Below are positions 1 to 20,308 of a stretch of 64,000 bases of DNA, one piece after another. A program made the position numbers and the translations under genes. The notes under the pieces are model-generated. The model made no database searches and was not told where the DNA came from. It saw nothing but the letters and a program-made list of their open reading frames with translations. The DNA lies in assembly GCF_009914755.1 (NCBI RefSeq), contig NC_060942.1. One strand, given 5' to 3'. Source of the DNA: the human T2T-CHM13v2.0 reference genome, Homo sapiens. The first letter of the stretch is position 1. Every line of letters begins with the position of its first letter.

Positions 1-2
1 GG

Positions 3-182
<180 letters not shown>

Positions 183-225
183 TCAAATAATTTTTTAACT
201 GAACTCCTTTTTTTGGTAATTGTAG

Positions 226-291
226 GAGCAACTTTCAGCCAGAGGCATGGATGCTTCTCTGTCTCATCAGTCCTTAGTAGCACTATCAGAG
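226..291 (+). CDS. HAUS1: HAUS1 (augmin complex subunit 1) internal coding exon, 66 nt, phase 0-0: EQLSARGMDASLSHQSLVALSE
   Basis: Acceptor ...ttttttggtaattgtag| at 225 and donor |gtgagc at 292. The open frame joins in frame to the next three exons, and the joined peptide is recognised as the HAUS1 C-terminus. Confidence 0.93.
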
Positions 292-851
292 GTGAGCTTA
301 TTTTAACCTAATTTAACTTTCTTTAAAATTTTACTCCACAGTCTGCTTTTTCATTTGTTTCTTTTTATTCGGCTTTTATTCACTGTGGACCTGATTTCTT
401 TTCCTTTACCTTTGTACTTTATATTCACTGGTATTTATATCTTTTATTCCTTGTTTAGCTGTATATGCCCTCACATTTGCATGGTTTCCTTTTTATTATA
501 AGTTAGAAACTCCGCTGGAGTCACTTATGTATTATTGATGTATTTATTAAACAAATTTATTGAAGGACCATGAGCTAATCATCTAGGTGCTCCCCTTTCT
601 TCTCTTTCAGTAGACAGTAAAATGCAGGTCTCCAAACTCCTGTAGTTACCAAATGCAATTCTGGGATTTTAGGTTATATAAAGGTTTTACCTGTTTTGGT
701 GGGAAGAGAGAAATAGAGGGTTTTGTTTTGTTTTATTATTCTTAACGTTTTTCATACTTTGTTCTTGGAATCTAATGTTGACAATTCATAAATATGTATT
801 TGGGATTCTAGTTCTCCCTTTACATTTTTTTCCCCTTGTTTTTATAAATAG

Positions 852-989
<138 letters not shown>

Positions 990-1748
990 TAATCACATTC
1001 TTTTCTATTCTAAGACAGCATACTTCAATCCTATTGTTAATAAATGGGAGCAAAGGCCAGGCATGGTGGCTCACACCTGTAATCCCAGTACTTTGGGAGG
1101 CAGAGGCAGGAAGATTACTTAAGCCCAAGAGTTTGAGACCAGCCTGGCCAAAATGGCGAAACCTCATCTCTACTAAAAATACAAAAATTAGCCAGGCATG
1201 GTGGCACATGCCTGTAATCCCAGCTACTCAGGAGGCTGAGGCAGGAGAAAGAAGAATCACTTGAACTCAGGGGGCGGAGGTTGCAGTGGGCCGAGATCGT
1301 GCCACTGCACTCCAGCCTGGGTGACAGAGCAAGACTCTATCTCAAAAAAAAAAAAAAAAAAAATTAGCCAGGCATGGTGGTGCACGCCTGTGGTCCCAGC
1401 TACCTGGAAGGCTGAAGTGGGAAGATTGGTTGAGCTGAGGAGTTTGAGGCCACCGTAAGCCATGATTGTACCACTGCACTCCAGCCTGGGCAACACAGAA
1501 AGACTCCATCTCAAAAAAAAATTATAATAATAATAATTAAATAAGACTATAACTTTCCTATTTTAAGCATCTAACAGGTGTTGTTTCCATTTGGAGTGAG
1601 TTTGTCTATCTTTGAAGCTTTTTATTCGATAACGTTATTTAAAATATACTAATGTTAATGCTTTGTTGTGTTTTATTTCAGAAATGGACAGTATTAGTTG
1701 CATTGTGAATGTTTCTATTACTCTGTGACTGTGTTCTTTTACCCCCAG

Positions 1749-1820
1749 AAACTGGCAAGATTAAAGCAACAGACTATACCTTTGAAGAAAAAATTGGAGT
1801 CCTATTTAGACTTAATGCCG
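1749..1820 (+). CDS. HAUS1: HAUS1 coding exon, 72 nt, phase 0-0: KLARLKQQTIPLKKKLESYLDLMP
   Basis: Acceptor tgttcttttacccccag| and donor |gtaata. In frame with the flanking exons; contains the YLDLMP motif of HAUS1. Confidence 0.93.
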
Positions 1821-2670
1821 GTAATAATTTTCGCGAATTAAAAAACAATTATTTCCTCCAACCTTCCCTGAGGGTACTATATGACCATGAAAATAGTGTG
1901 TTTAGGCCAGGCACGGTGGCTCACGCCTGTAATCCCAGCACTTTGGGAGGACAAGGCAGGCTGATCACCTGAGGTCAGGAGTTAGAGACCAGCTTGGCTA
2001 ATATGGTGAAACCCCGTCTCTACTAAAAATACAAAAATTAGCTGGACCCAGTGGTGCGCAACTGTAGTCCCAGCTACTCAGGAGGCCGAGGCTGGAGAAT
2101 CACTTGAACCTGGGAGGCAGAGATTTCAGTGAGCTAAGATCGTGCCACCACACTCCAGCCTGCTCAACAGAGCAAGACTCCATCTCAAAAAAAAAGGCTG
2201 GGCATGATGGCTTATGCCTGTAATCCCAGCACTTTGGGAGGCCGAGACGGGCAGATCACGAGGTCAGGAGTTTGAGACCAGCCTGACCAACATGGTGAAA
2301 CCCCGTCTCTACTAAAAATACAAAAATTAGCAGGGCGTGGTGGTGGGCGCTTATAATCCCAGCTACTCAGGAGACAGGCAGGAGAATCGCTTGAACCCAG
2401 GAGGCAGAGGCTGCAGTGAGCTGAGATTGAGCCACTGCACTCCAGCCTGGGCAACAGAGTGAGACTCTGTCTCAAAAAAAAAAAAAAAAGAAAGAAAATA
2501 ATGTGTTGGTTTTTAAAGGTTTAAAGTCAGTGGTAAATTTCAGTGTTATATGTACATTGGGTATCCCTCTGGGAGGATTTTTGCCTTTTGAAAAGGATTA
2601 TGGCATTATTTTTCTCCTTGGGTCTGAATTGAGGCAATATAACCTTTCCTTGTTTTATTTTTTTTTAAAG

Positions 2671-2718
2671 AATCCGTCTCTTGCTCAAGTGAAAATTGAA
2701 GAAGCAAAGCGAGAACTA
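2671..2718 (+). CDS. HAUS1: HAUS1 penultimate coding exon, 48 nt, phase 0-0: NPSLAQVKIEEAKREL
   Basis: Long T-rich acceptor ...ttttttaaag| and consensus donor |gtaagt; in frame. Confidence 0.94.
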
Positions 2719-2813
2719 GTAAGTAGTTCCTGTAATTTTTTCAGATTTTTTTAAAAAGAAAATAAATGCTAATATAGCTAAAGTCTTCTTCATCCTTCTT
2801 TCCTTTCTCCTCA

Positions 2814-3260
<447 letters not shown>

Positions 3261-3539
3261 CTAGTGGAAAAAGGGGAATATATTGAGAGATATAGAATAT
3301 TCTAGGCAAAAAGAATTTGCAAAGGCATATAAGCTGAAACATGGAGGACTTACTCAAGCTGTAGCAAGTGATAAAGTCCGGCTGCTTAGAAACATGAAAT
3401 GTAAGATAAAGTTGGAAAAGGTCAATTGGTTCATGATGTAGAAGGCCTTAACATATAAAGAGTGTTGAACTTAGAGGATGTAGGGACCACAGAAAGCTGC
3501 TGTGTGTTTCCTTGTTTTTTAAGCTCAAGAGAAATATGA

Positions 3540-4248
<709 letters not shown>

Positions 4249-5005
4249 TAGCCACTGTTGAGGGTAGATTGGGAGAAAGAAAATTGCAGAAACCAATTAG
4301 CTTATTTAGGCCAGATAAGAAGTAATGAGGACAGTGGCAATGAAAATGGAAAAGAGGCCAGGTGCAGTGGCTCACACCTGTAATCCCAGCACTTTGGGAG
4401 GCCAAGTGGGTGGATCAAAAGGTCAAGAGTTCAAGACTAACCTGGCCAAGATGGTGAAACCCCATCTCTACTAAAAATACAAAAAAAATTAGCCGGGCAT
4501 GGTGGTGGGCGCCTGTAATCTCAGCTAGTCGGGAGACTGAGGTAGAGAATTGCTTGAACCCGGGAAGCAGAGATTGCAGAGTGAGCCGAGATTGTCCCAC
4601 TGTACTCCAGCCTGGGCGACAGAGTGAGACTGCATCTCAAAAAAAAAAAAAAAAACACAGAAAAGAGGTGATGTGAGTGACATTGTGGAAGCACATTGTT
4701 TTAGTAGCAAAGGCCAGAAAAATTTATTCATATGTCGTTACAGATTTCTCTCTCTCTAAAGGCTTTTTTCCCTTCCCTTCACATATTTCTTAGAATCACT
4801 TAGGAGTCTGAGTGCTTTTGCAGGGGAAGAGGGGAGATGTAAAAACAAGGGAATATCTAAAAGCATATTTGATATTCATAATGGTATTTTTAAAATTTTT
4901 TGTTCTAATGTTTCCTTTTTTGCTTCCCTTATTTTAAATAACATTAAATAAAAGTTAGAGCATCTGTTTTATGTCCTTATCTATGGTATGTCTTTCTTCC
5001 TGTAG

Positions 5006-5056
5006 GATAGCATTGAAGCTGAACTTACAAGAAGAGTAGACATGATGGAACTGTGA
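5006..5056 (+). CDS. HAUS1: HAUS1 last coding exon: DSIEAELTRRVDMMEL-stop (TGA 5054-5056)
   Basis: Acceptor tctttcttcctgtag|. The in-frame stop completes the recognised C-terminus ...RRVDMMEL. Confidence 0.94.
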   Translation, partial: DSIEAELTRRVDMMEL

Positions 5057-5290
5057 CAAAAGCCAAATAAACATCCTTTTCCCTAACAAAGTAAATTGAA
5101 TAGGACTTTACAGAGTTCTTTTTCCTCTTGGCATTTCCTAATAACAAAACTTTCTGTGTTCTTAGATTACAGAATATCATAATTGATAGAATATGGTTTC
5201 TTACTGTGTGTTGCATTTTTGTGCCCAAATACATAGTTTTCATATTAAAAAGCCTTTTCTCTTACTTTGTTTCTGTGTGGTTGGTGGTTA
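5057..5290 (+). terminator. HAUS1: HAUS1 3' UTR and poly(A) region: ATTAAA at 5244-5249 followed by a GT-rich downstream element; proximal AATAAA at 5066-5071
   Basis: Both hexamers are visible. ctttgtttctgtgtggttggtggtt follows the ATTAAA at the spacing expected for a downstream element. The cleavage site is inferred. Confidence 0.7.
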
Positions 5291-5856
5291 AGCATCCTTC
5301 AGTAGCTCTACAAGGCAAACATTACAACAGTTGTGCATGTATTCATTAGGTCAGCTAAAGTGAAAAGGAAAGGTTCCACAGCTCCAGTATGTTTCTCCCA
5401 CTCTCTTCTTTCTCCAGGGGTTTGCTGTCATTCTTTTTGATCAGCTCACTGCCTGCCTCCAAATGTTAATATATGCAGGAATTTAGTTTATGAAAAAGAT
5501 GACCTTTTAAATCAGTAGTAGAAAGATGGATAATTCAACCCTTGGTATTAGGTCCATACTTCACACCTTATGTCAGGATAATCCAAAGAATCAAAGATTT
5601 AAATATAAAAAATTTGAAAATAAAGGTACTAGAAGAAATTGAAGGGAAGTTTTAACGTTTTGGCTTCTTTTTAAGAGACAGGTTCTCGCTATATTGCCCA
5701 GGCTGGCCTCAAAATCCTGGACTCAAGCAATCTTCCCACCTCAGCCTGTTGAGTACCTGACACCACAGGTATGTGCCACTGCACCCAGCCTAATGTTTGA
5801 TTTTTAAATAATTGTGAGTCAGAAATGTATGACCAGAACCCAGGTGCCATAAATAA

Positions 5857-6170
<314 letters not shown>

Positions 6171-6589
6171 TAAATATTTTGAAATAATAAAAATACCTGC
6201 ATGGCAAAATCTATTGTAAGTAAAATCAAAGGACATGATAAATGTAGTACAGGAGGAGATTTTTCACTGTACCTTTTTGTGCCTTTTAAAGTTTTGTACC
6301 ATGCAATTAAAAAACAATCAGCTTTAAAAAAATTATTTCAATGTCTTTAAAGCTTTTTTCTTTTTTCCTTTCCCTTGCTGTCAGCCAGAAAAAGACATTT
6401 GTATTTTCTTTTGGAAACTGTCCATATCCTTTTGCCATTTGTGTATTAGCTTTTGGTCTTTTTGTTAACAATTTATAGAAGCTTCTTATGTATTAGCTAA
6501 ATTAATCTTTTGTGATTGGACTTGCAAATATTTTTCCAAGTTTGTCATTTGACTTAATTGCAGTGCTCTTCATAAGGCAATTTGATAGA

Positions 6590-7350
6590 TTGATTGTGGA
6601 AATGACCACAATAATTCTTCTCATCTCTATGCACTCACCCCTTTGTAACATGACGTGGCTCTTTCTCCCATCAAAGGAGAATCTATACTCCACCTGCTGT
6701 ATCTGGCTTGGCCCTATGACTTGTTTCGGCCAATGAGACAACAGCAGATGTGACAAAAGCAAAGGAATATAAACTATGCATTGGGGCTTGCTCTCTCTTA
6801 CTTCCTTACTTCTCTTTGGAATTCCAAAACCACCATTTAAAGAAGCCTGGACAGGTCTGTTGGAGGAGAAGAAACTATATGAACAGCCTGGCATGGTGGC
6901 TCATGCCTGTAATCCCAGCCCTTTGGGAGGCCAAGGCGGGCCTATTATTTGAGGTGAGGGGTTCAAGACCAGCCTGGGCAACATGGTGAAACCCCGTCTC
7001 TACTAAAATTGCAAAAATTAGCTGGGCGTGGTGATGCACACCTGTAGTCCAAGCTACTTGAAAGGCTGAGGCAGGAGAATCACCTGAACTCTGGAGGTGG
7101 AGGTTGCAGTGAGCTAAGATTGCACCACTTGAGCAATAGAGCAAGACTCTGTCTCAAAAAAAAAGAAACTACATGAAGCAGAGACAGTAATTCCAACTGA
7201 ACCTTGCCCCCAACCCTTAAGACAAAACTGGCTGCCAATTGCTAGATATGTGAATGAGGTCTTAGGCCATCTAGTTCCAATTGAGCCACCAGCAAACTGC
7301 AGAGATCAACCAAGCAAGCCCAAGCCAGAAGCTCAACTGATTTGAAACAT
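6590..7350 (+). mobile_element. MaLR LTR remnant (MLT1-like) interrupted by an Alu
   Basis: Motifs such as ...ctggcttggccctatgacttgtttcggccaatgag... resemble the recalled MLT1 consensus; boundaries approximate. Confidence 0.55.
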
Positions 7351-7490
7351 TAATTATATTTAAAAATTTCTATGCCAGGCATGATGGCCCACGCCTGTAA
7401 CCCCAGCACTTTGGGAGGCCGAGGCAGGTGGATCATGAGGTCAGGAGTTCGAGACTAGCCTGGCTAACAGTGAAACCCCCATCTCTACTA

Positions 7491-7724
<234 letters not shown>

Positions 7725-7969
7725 CTAATGTATGATGGAGTAACTGGGAGAAGGTGTATGTATGCTACAAAGTGTCTTCTGCTGTCCTTCCACTCTCCAA
7801 GCCTCATGAATCTCCCTTGTAACCCATTCTAACTGGAAACATGCTAGGAAGAGAAATCTATAAACTGTAGTTTACCCAAGTTGACACATCACAAAGCCAT
7901 TTCACACAGGTTCAAAGAGTCTATCAAATTCTAAGTAGGATAAGTGTGCAAAGAAAAGAGTACGAAACA

Positions 7970-10182
<2,213 letters not shown>

Positions 10183-10578
10183 ATAATAATAATGACATGG
10201 AAAATAAACACAAAGGAGAGGATAAACAAACCAAAAGTTGGTTCTTTGAAAAGACTAGGAAATTTGCCATGTTATGTAAATTTTTAAATAAATAGAGATA
10301 GCATTATTCATAATATTTTCTTGCCTCCAGAATCTAAAGTGAATCTCCTTTGCTTACTTGTTCCAATAACATTTGGAGTTATAATAATAATGACATGGAA
10401 AATAAACACAAAGGAGAGGATAAACAAACCAAAAGTTGGTTCTTTGAAAAGACTAGGAAATTTGCCATGTTATGTAAATTTTTAAATAAATAGAGATTGC
10501 ATTATTCATAATATTTTCTTGCCTCCAGAATCTAAAGTGAATCTCCTTTGCTTACTTGTTCCAATAACATTTGGAGTT
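10183..10578. repeat. Direct tandem duplication, 2 x 198 bp, one mismatch
   Basis: 10183-10380 repeats at 10381-10578. The only difference seen is tagagatAgc versus tagagatTgc. Confidence 0.95.
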
Positions 10579-11294
10579 ATAAAAAAGGTGGTGGGATAGG
10601 GAGTGCAGCTCGTCAGGAAGCCAGGAAAGCTGGGTCCAGAGAGCACAGAGGAGTGGAGTAGATCCTGGAGGAGACAGGGGCAGCTGCTCCAAGGACCTTC
10701 TGTCTCTTTGCCTTGATGTGCCGGGAGGAATGTGGGGTGTGGACAAGCAAACATTTAAGGCAGTCCAAAATTAAAATTTTTGCTATAATTCCATTTCTAG
10801 GTCTCTAACCTGCATATATCTTGGAAACATCAAATACACACACATTTATGGGGAGATGGTGGCGTGAGAGGGAGGAGCCTCCATATTTTTGTCTCCACTT
10901 CTGATCCCTACACTGCATGTCTGACTGTAGAGAACCACCACGTTACTCCTAAATACTTCTCCACTTGTCTCCTAAGAACAGAGACATTCTGAGATAACCA
11001 CTGTGAAATGATCAAAAACAGGGAATTTAACATTGATACAATATTACTAAATGTTATCAATTTGGGGGCTGGGCATGGTGGCTCATGCCTGTATTCCCAG
11101 CACTTTAGGAGGCCAAGGAGGGTGGATCACCTGAGGTCAGGAGTTCGAGACCAGCCTGGCCAACATGGTGAAACCCCGTCTCTACTAAAAATACAAAAAT
11201 TAGCCGGGCATGGTGGCAAGCGCCTGTAGTCCTAGCTACTCAGAAAGCTGAGGCAGGAGAATTGCTTGAACTTGGGAATCAGAGGTTGCAGTGA

Positions 11295-11663
<369 letters not shown>

Positions 11664-13318
11664 TAGGCTGGTCTCGAACTCCTGACCTCAGGTGATCTCC
11701 CTGCCTCGGCCTCCCAAAGTGCTGGGATTACAGACGTGAGCCACCATGCCCGGCCTGTAATGCACTTTATAACAGTTGTTTTCCCAATCCAGGATCGTAT
11801 ATTGTGTGTAGTTGTGTCTGTCTTAAGCCAGCTTTAGAGACCTCGTTTTGACCGTTCTGCTTCATTAGGCCCCTATGTCTAAGTCTATGAAACTTTCTTT
11901 CCCAAATTCAGTTGTCTGAGCAGATCAGACAGGATGGCACAAATCTAGGAACCATTGTATATTGAAGCCCAAGACTTTCTTTGCCCCGAAGTTCTGCCTG
12001 CGGGAGGGGCAATACAGTCAAGAGATTTGTGTTGGCTGCTACTTAATTAAGAACTCGCAGCCTAGGCAAGGGGTCAAGTTACCATTAGAATAGAATAAAT
12101 TGAGACAGCCTCTGTTCCATGGGAAGCATGCGAAGCTCAATATTGGATAAGAAGTGCATCATGAATGAAAAGATATCCCTTGTGAAAATGTGCAGCTATT
12201 TTAAGAGTGGACTGAGGATTGTGTGTAAATGTCCTTGGAACTTGTTTGATTGCCAGGAGAACTTTTTCTTGTGGATTGTCATAGGAGCACGTGACAGATG
12301 GCTCACTGCAGGCTGGCTGTGACCCTGTGTCTGGATTGCTGATGTTGTGGGTTAGATGAGATGCCACCCAAAGAGGGCAGTCTGTCAGCTTTATTTAGTA
12401 CCATGATGCATGGACGTCCTTCTGATCCTAGCGCAGCTTCCTCTCACGTTGTGCAGGTGTATATTTTTAGACTTATCTTGCAGTACCCTGCTCTCACATT
12501 TTTGGTTTCCTTTAAATTCTGCAGCAGCAGTTGTGGGCTGACAGGCTGCCTCCACAGTGTTGGGAGAGAGAATTGCTCTCTCTACTTTTTCAGGATCCAG
12601 ATTTTCTGCAGCATATTCAGACACCGAACAGGAAACCTAGCCCTTATGCTACTTAGCAATATGATCTTTAAAGACATCATGTAAATTCTGCGATGTCAAA
12701 ATGGATATCACAGCTGCCTTACCGTCCTCACACATCACTCACTCATTTCTTAACAAGTATTAATAAGCACTATGTGTTAGAAGAGGAGTTACAAAGATAA
12801 ATAAGAATTTCCCCTCAATCTCAGAGAGGCAATTTATAAATTTACAGAATGTCAGGCTGGAAGGGACTGTCCAGTGCAAATTTTAGTCTTACAGACAAGG
12901 AAACTAAGGCCCAAAGAAGTAAAACGACGGCCCAGATGTCACAGCCAGTCAAGATCAGAATGCAAATTGCTTACTTCCCATCCCAAAGATTTTTCCTCCT
13001 CATCACTTACCTTTGGCTAAACTCTAATTAAAACCTCAATCCCTATAGCTAGCTTTTATCTACTTTAGAAATCTAGACGGGAGATACCCAAGCTCCTCAA
13101 ATGTAAAACAACAAATTTCATAAAACAACAACAACAACAAAAACTCCAAACAACTTTTAACCACAAAAATACCTGCCTATTGTAAGCATTTCCAACAATT
13201 CTAAAATATATAAAACTTAAAAGTCTAAGATCAGGCCGGGCGCAGTGGCTCACGCCTGTAATCCCAGCACTTTGGGAGGCCGAAGCAAGTGGATCACGAG
13301 GTCAGGAGTTCAAGACTA

Positions 13319-13576
<258 letters not shown>

Positions 13577-13652
13577 CTACTCTCATTGGAGTGTATCCCT
13601 CTAGACTTTTAGCTATTCAAATCCAAAAATATACACTTTTTTTTTTTTTTGA

Positions 13653-13796
<144 letters not shown>

Positions 13797-14206
13797 TAAT
13801 TTTTGTATTTTTAGTAGAGACGGGATTTCGCCATGTTTGGTCAGGCTGGTCTGGAACTCCTGACCTCAGGTGATTACAAAGTGTAATCACCTCCCAAAGT
13901 GCTGGGATTACAGGCGTGAGCCACTGTGACTGCCTAATGCATTTTTAATACATGGTACACATTCAGTGTCCATGTTTTCCTCCTATGTGTATAAAGATTC
14001 GGGATTCTTCTTGATACTTTGTTGTCTCTGCCCCATCCCCTGTGCTGTGCTGTGTTGGCAACTATGGTTCTATTGCTGCCAAGGATCATCAGCTCAGGTT
14101 TATAATTCCCAATGCTCTCTCTTGGCCAGACTTCTACATGCAACATTATAGACAAATGTTTTTCTGTTTTTGATATATTTCCTGTCATCTGCAGCTAAAT
14201 GCAATC

Positions 14207-14374
14207 ACATAAAAGAGAAATACACCTCTCTTTTTATTTAAACCATGTTTTTGTGTTTTCTGTCACATGCAGCTCTGGGTCACTGTGTCAGTTTTGAATT
14301 GCATTTAGCTGCATGTGACAGAAAACACAAAAAACATGGTTTAAGCAAAAGAGAGGTTTATTTCTCTTTTATGT
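14207..14374. repeat. Inverted repeat with ~68-bp arms (14207-14274 / 14307-14374) and a 32-nt spacer
   Basis: The left arm acataaaagagaaatacacctctc...tgtcacatgcagct is the reverse complement of the right arm, with a few mismatches and indels. Confidence 0.93.
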
Positions 14375-14675
14375 AAAATACCAGAGGCAGGCAGTCCAGG
14401 TTGGAGGTGGCAGCCTCTATAGTCATCAGGGATTCAAAGTTCCTTCTTTGTGCTCCACTACATTTCCCTCCTCAAGGTCACCTTATGGTTATATGATGGC
14501 TGCTGCAGCATCAGCAATCGTGTCCACATCAGTTTGAAAAAGGTTACTTGCGAGAAGGGCTAGAAAATGTAGTGTTTTAGTGGTCAAATTGTTGCACAGA
14601 ATAAATTTGCGATTCTGTTAGTTAAGGAAGAATGACAGGAAGGATTAACATGAGTAACTAGCAGTTTCTGCCAGA
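14284..14675 (-). mobile_element. MaLR LTR (MLT1J/K-like)
   Basis: tgtgtcag...ttagctgcatgtgacagaaaac...tttatttctct...ccagaggcaggcagtccagg...tctgccaga resembles recalled MLT1 termini. Confidence 0.6.
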
Positions 14676-14959
14676 GTAGAAATGCTTTTTACCTTCGAGT
14701 CCTGGGTTGAATTTTCTGCTTTAGCTCACTTTCTATTCTTTGGGGAAAGAAGATTTCTTTTCTTTCTTTTTACTCAGCTTTGCCACTTCTTTTCCTGCCA
14801 CCTGTTGTTCTAACAAAGCTCAGTTTTTCTTTCTCTTCCAAATTGAGATGTCAGATTCCCTACTGTTTGTATTTTTTAGAGTAACATTTTAACATTTGCT
14901 TCATATTCTAGAATTATGTCTCTCCTCATCTCCAGATTCACAAACATATATTCTTGAGT

Positions 14960-16967
<2,008 letters not shown>

Positions 16968-17228
16968 TGAACTCCTGATCTCCAGTGATCTGCCTGCCTA
17001 GGCCTCACAAAGTGCTGGGATTACAGGCATGAGCCACCATGCCCGGCCTCGATGAACAGATTTTAATGTTAGTATCTGATTTATCAATCATTTCCTTTAT
17101 GATTAGTGCTTTCACCTTTATTTTTAAAGCTATTTTCACTGGGTTTATAATTATAGGTTGGCGGTTATTTTCTTTTAGCAGCTTCAATACATGATTCAAG
17201 TGTTTTCATACTTCCATTATGTGTTAGG

Positions 17229-17422
17229 TTTTCTTTCTTCCTTTCCTTTCCTTTTCTTCTCTCTTTCTCTTTCTCTCTCCTTCTCCTTTCCTTTCCTTCT
17301 CTCTTTCTCTTTCTTTCTCTCTCTCCTTCTCCTTCTCCTTTCCTTTCCTTCTCTCCTTCTCTTTCTTTCTCTCTCTCCTTCTCCTTCTCCTTCTGCTTCT
17401 CCTTCTCCTTTTCCTTTCCTTT
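17229..17422. repeat. ~194-nt polypyrimidine (CT-rich) tract, the expanded tail of a minus-strand Alu
   Basis: Only one purine in the tract. It abuts the Alu at ~17423-17707, and the TSD atgtgttag(g)ttttct flanks tract plus Alu. Confidence 0.9.
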
Positions 17423-17709
17423 GACGGGGTCTTGCACTGTCACGCAGGCTGCTGGAATGCAGTGGCACGATTATAGCTCACTGTAGCCTCAAACTCTTGA
17501 GGTTCAATCAATCCTCCTGCTTTAGCCTACTGAGTAGCTGGGACTACTGGCGTGCGCCACCACGCCCAGCTAATTTTTACATTTTTTTGTAGAGACAGGG
17601 TTTCACCATGTTGCCCAGGCTGCTCTTGAACTCCTGAGCTCAAGCGATCCTTCAGCCTCAGCTTTCCAAAAGTGTTGGGATTACAGGTGTGAGCCACCAT
17701 GCCCGGTCA

Positions 17710-19361
<1,652 letters not shown>

Positions 19362-19576
19362 TAAAATTTCTGCCAAGAAATCATCTGTCCACCAAACTAA
19401 CATTGTTTATTTTTAAGTAAGTGTATTTTTTTCTGTGTTTTTGTTGTTGTTGTTATTCATGTTGTTTTGAGACAGAGTCTCACTTTATTGCCCAGGCTGG
19501 AGTACAGTGGCATGATCTCGGCTCACTGCAACTTCTGCCGCCCGGTTCAACTGATTCTCCTGCCTCAGCCTCCTGA

Positions 19577-19765
<189 letters not shown>

Positions 19766-20119
19766 TAAGATTGTCTCTCTCTCTTTGGTTTTCAGCAATC
19801 CTATGACATGCTAGGTGAATTTTTCTTTTTTAACCTCTCCTAATTAGGGTTCATAGAACTCCTTGTATTAATAGCTTGACTTATTTCATCTCTTTGGAAA
19901 AAAATCAGCATTATCTCTTTAAGTATTGCCTCTGCTCCATTCTTTTCCTCCTTGTTTCTCATACCTCCAATGACCTAGATGTTAGACTTTCTCACTGTCT
20001 TCAGTAGATATTTTGCACTCTTTTCTCTATTTTCCACCCTCTTTTTCTCTCCTCTTTTTCCCCATTGTCTTTTCCTCCTTCAGTCTGGATGTTTCTTTTT
20101 TTTTTTCTTTTTTTTTTGA

Positions 20120-20308
<189 letters not shown>

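Noticed and set aside
12364-12382. CTCF-like CCCAAAGAGGGCAG
   Set aside because: Mismatches in the core positions make it weaker than the reported motifs.
17165-17468. KE/R-rich and F/S/L-rich ORFs
   Set aside because: Translations of the low-complexity CT/GA tract.
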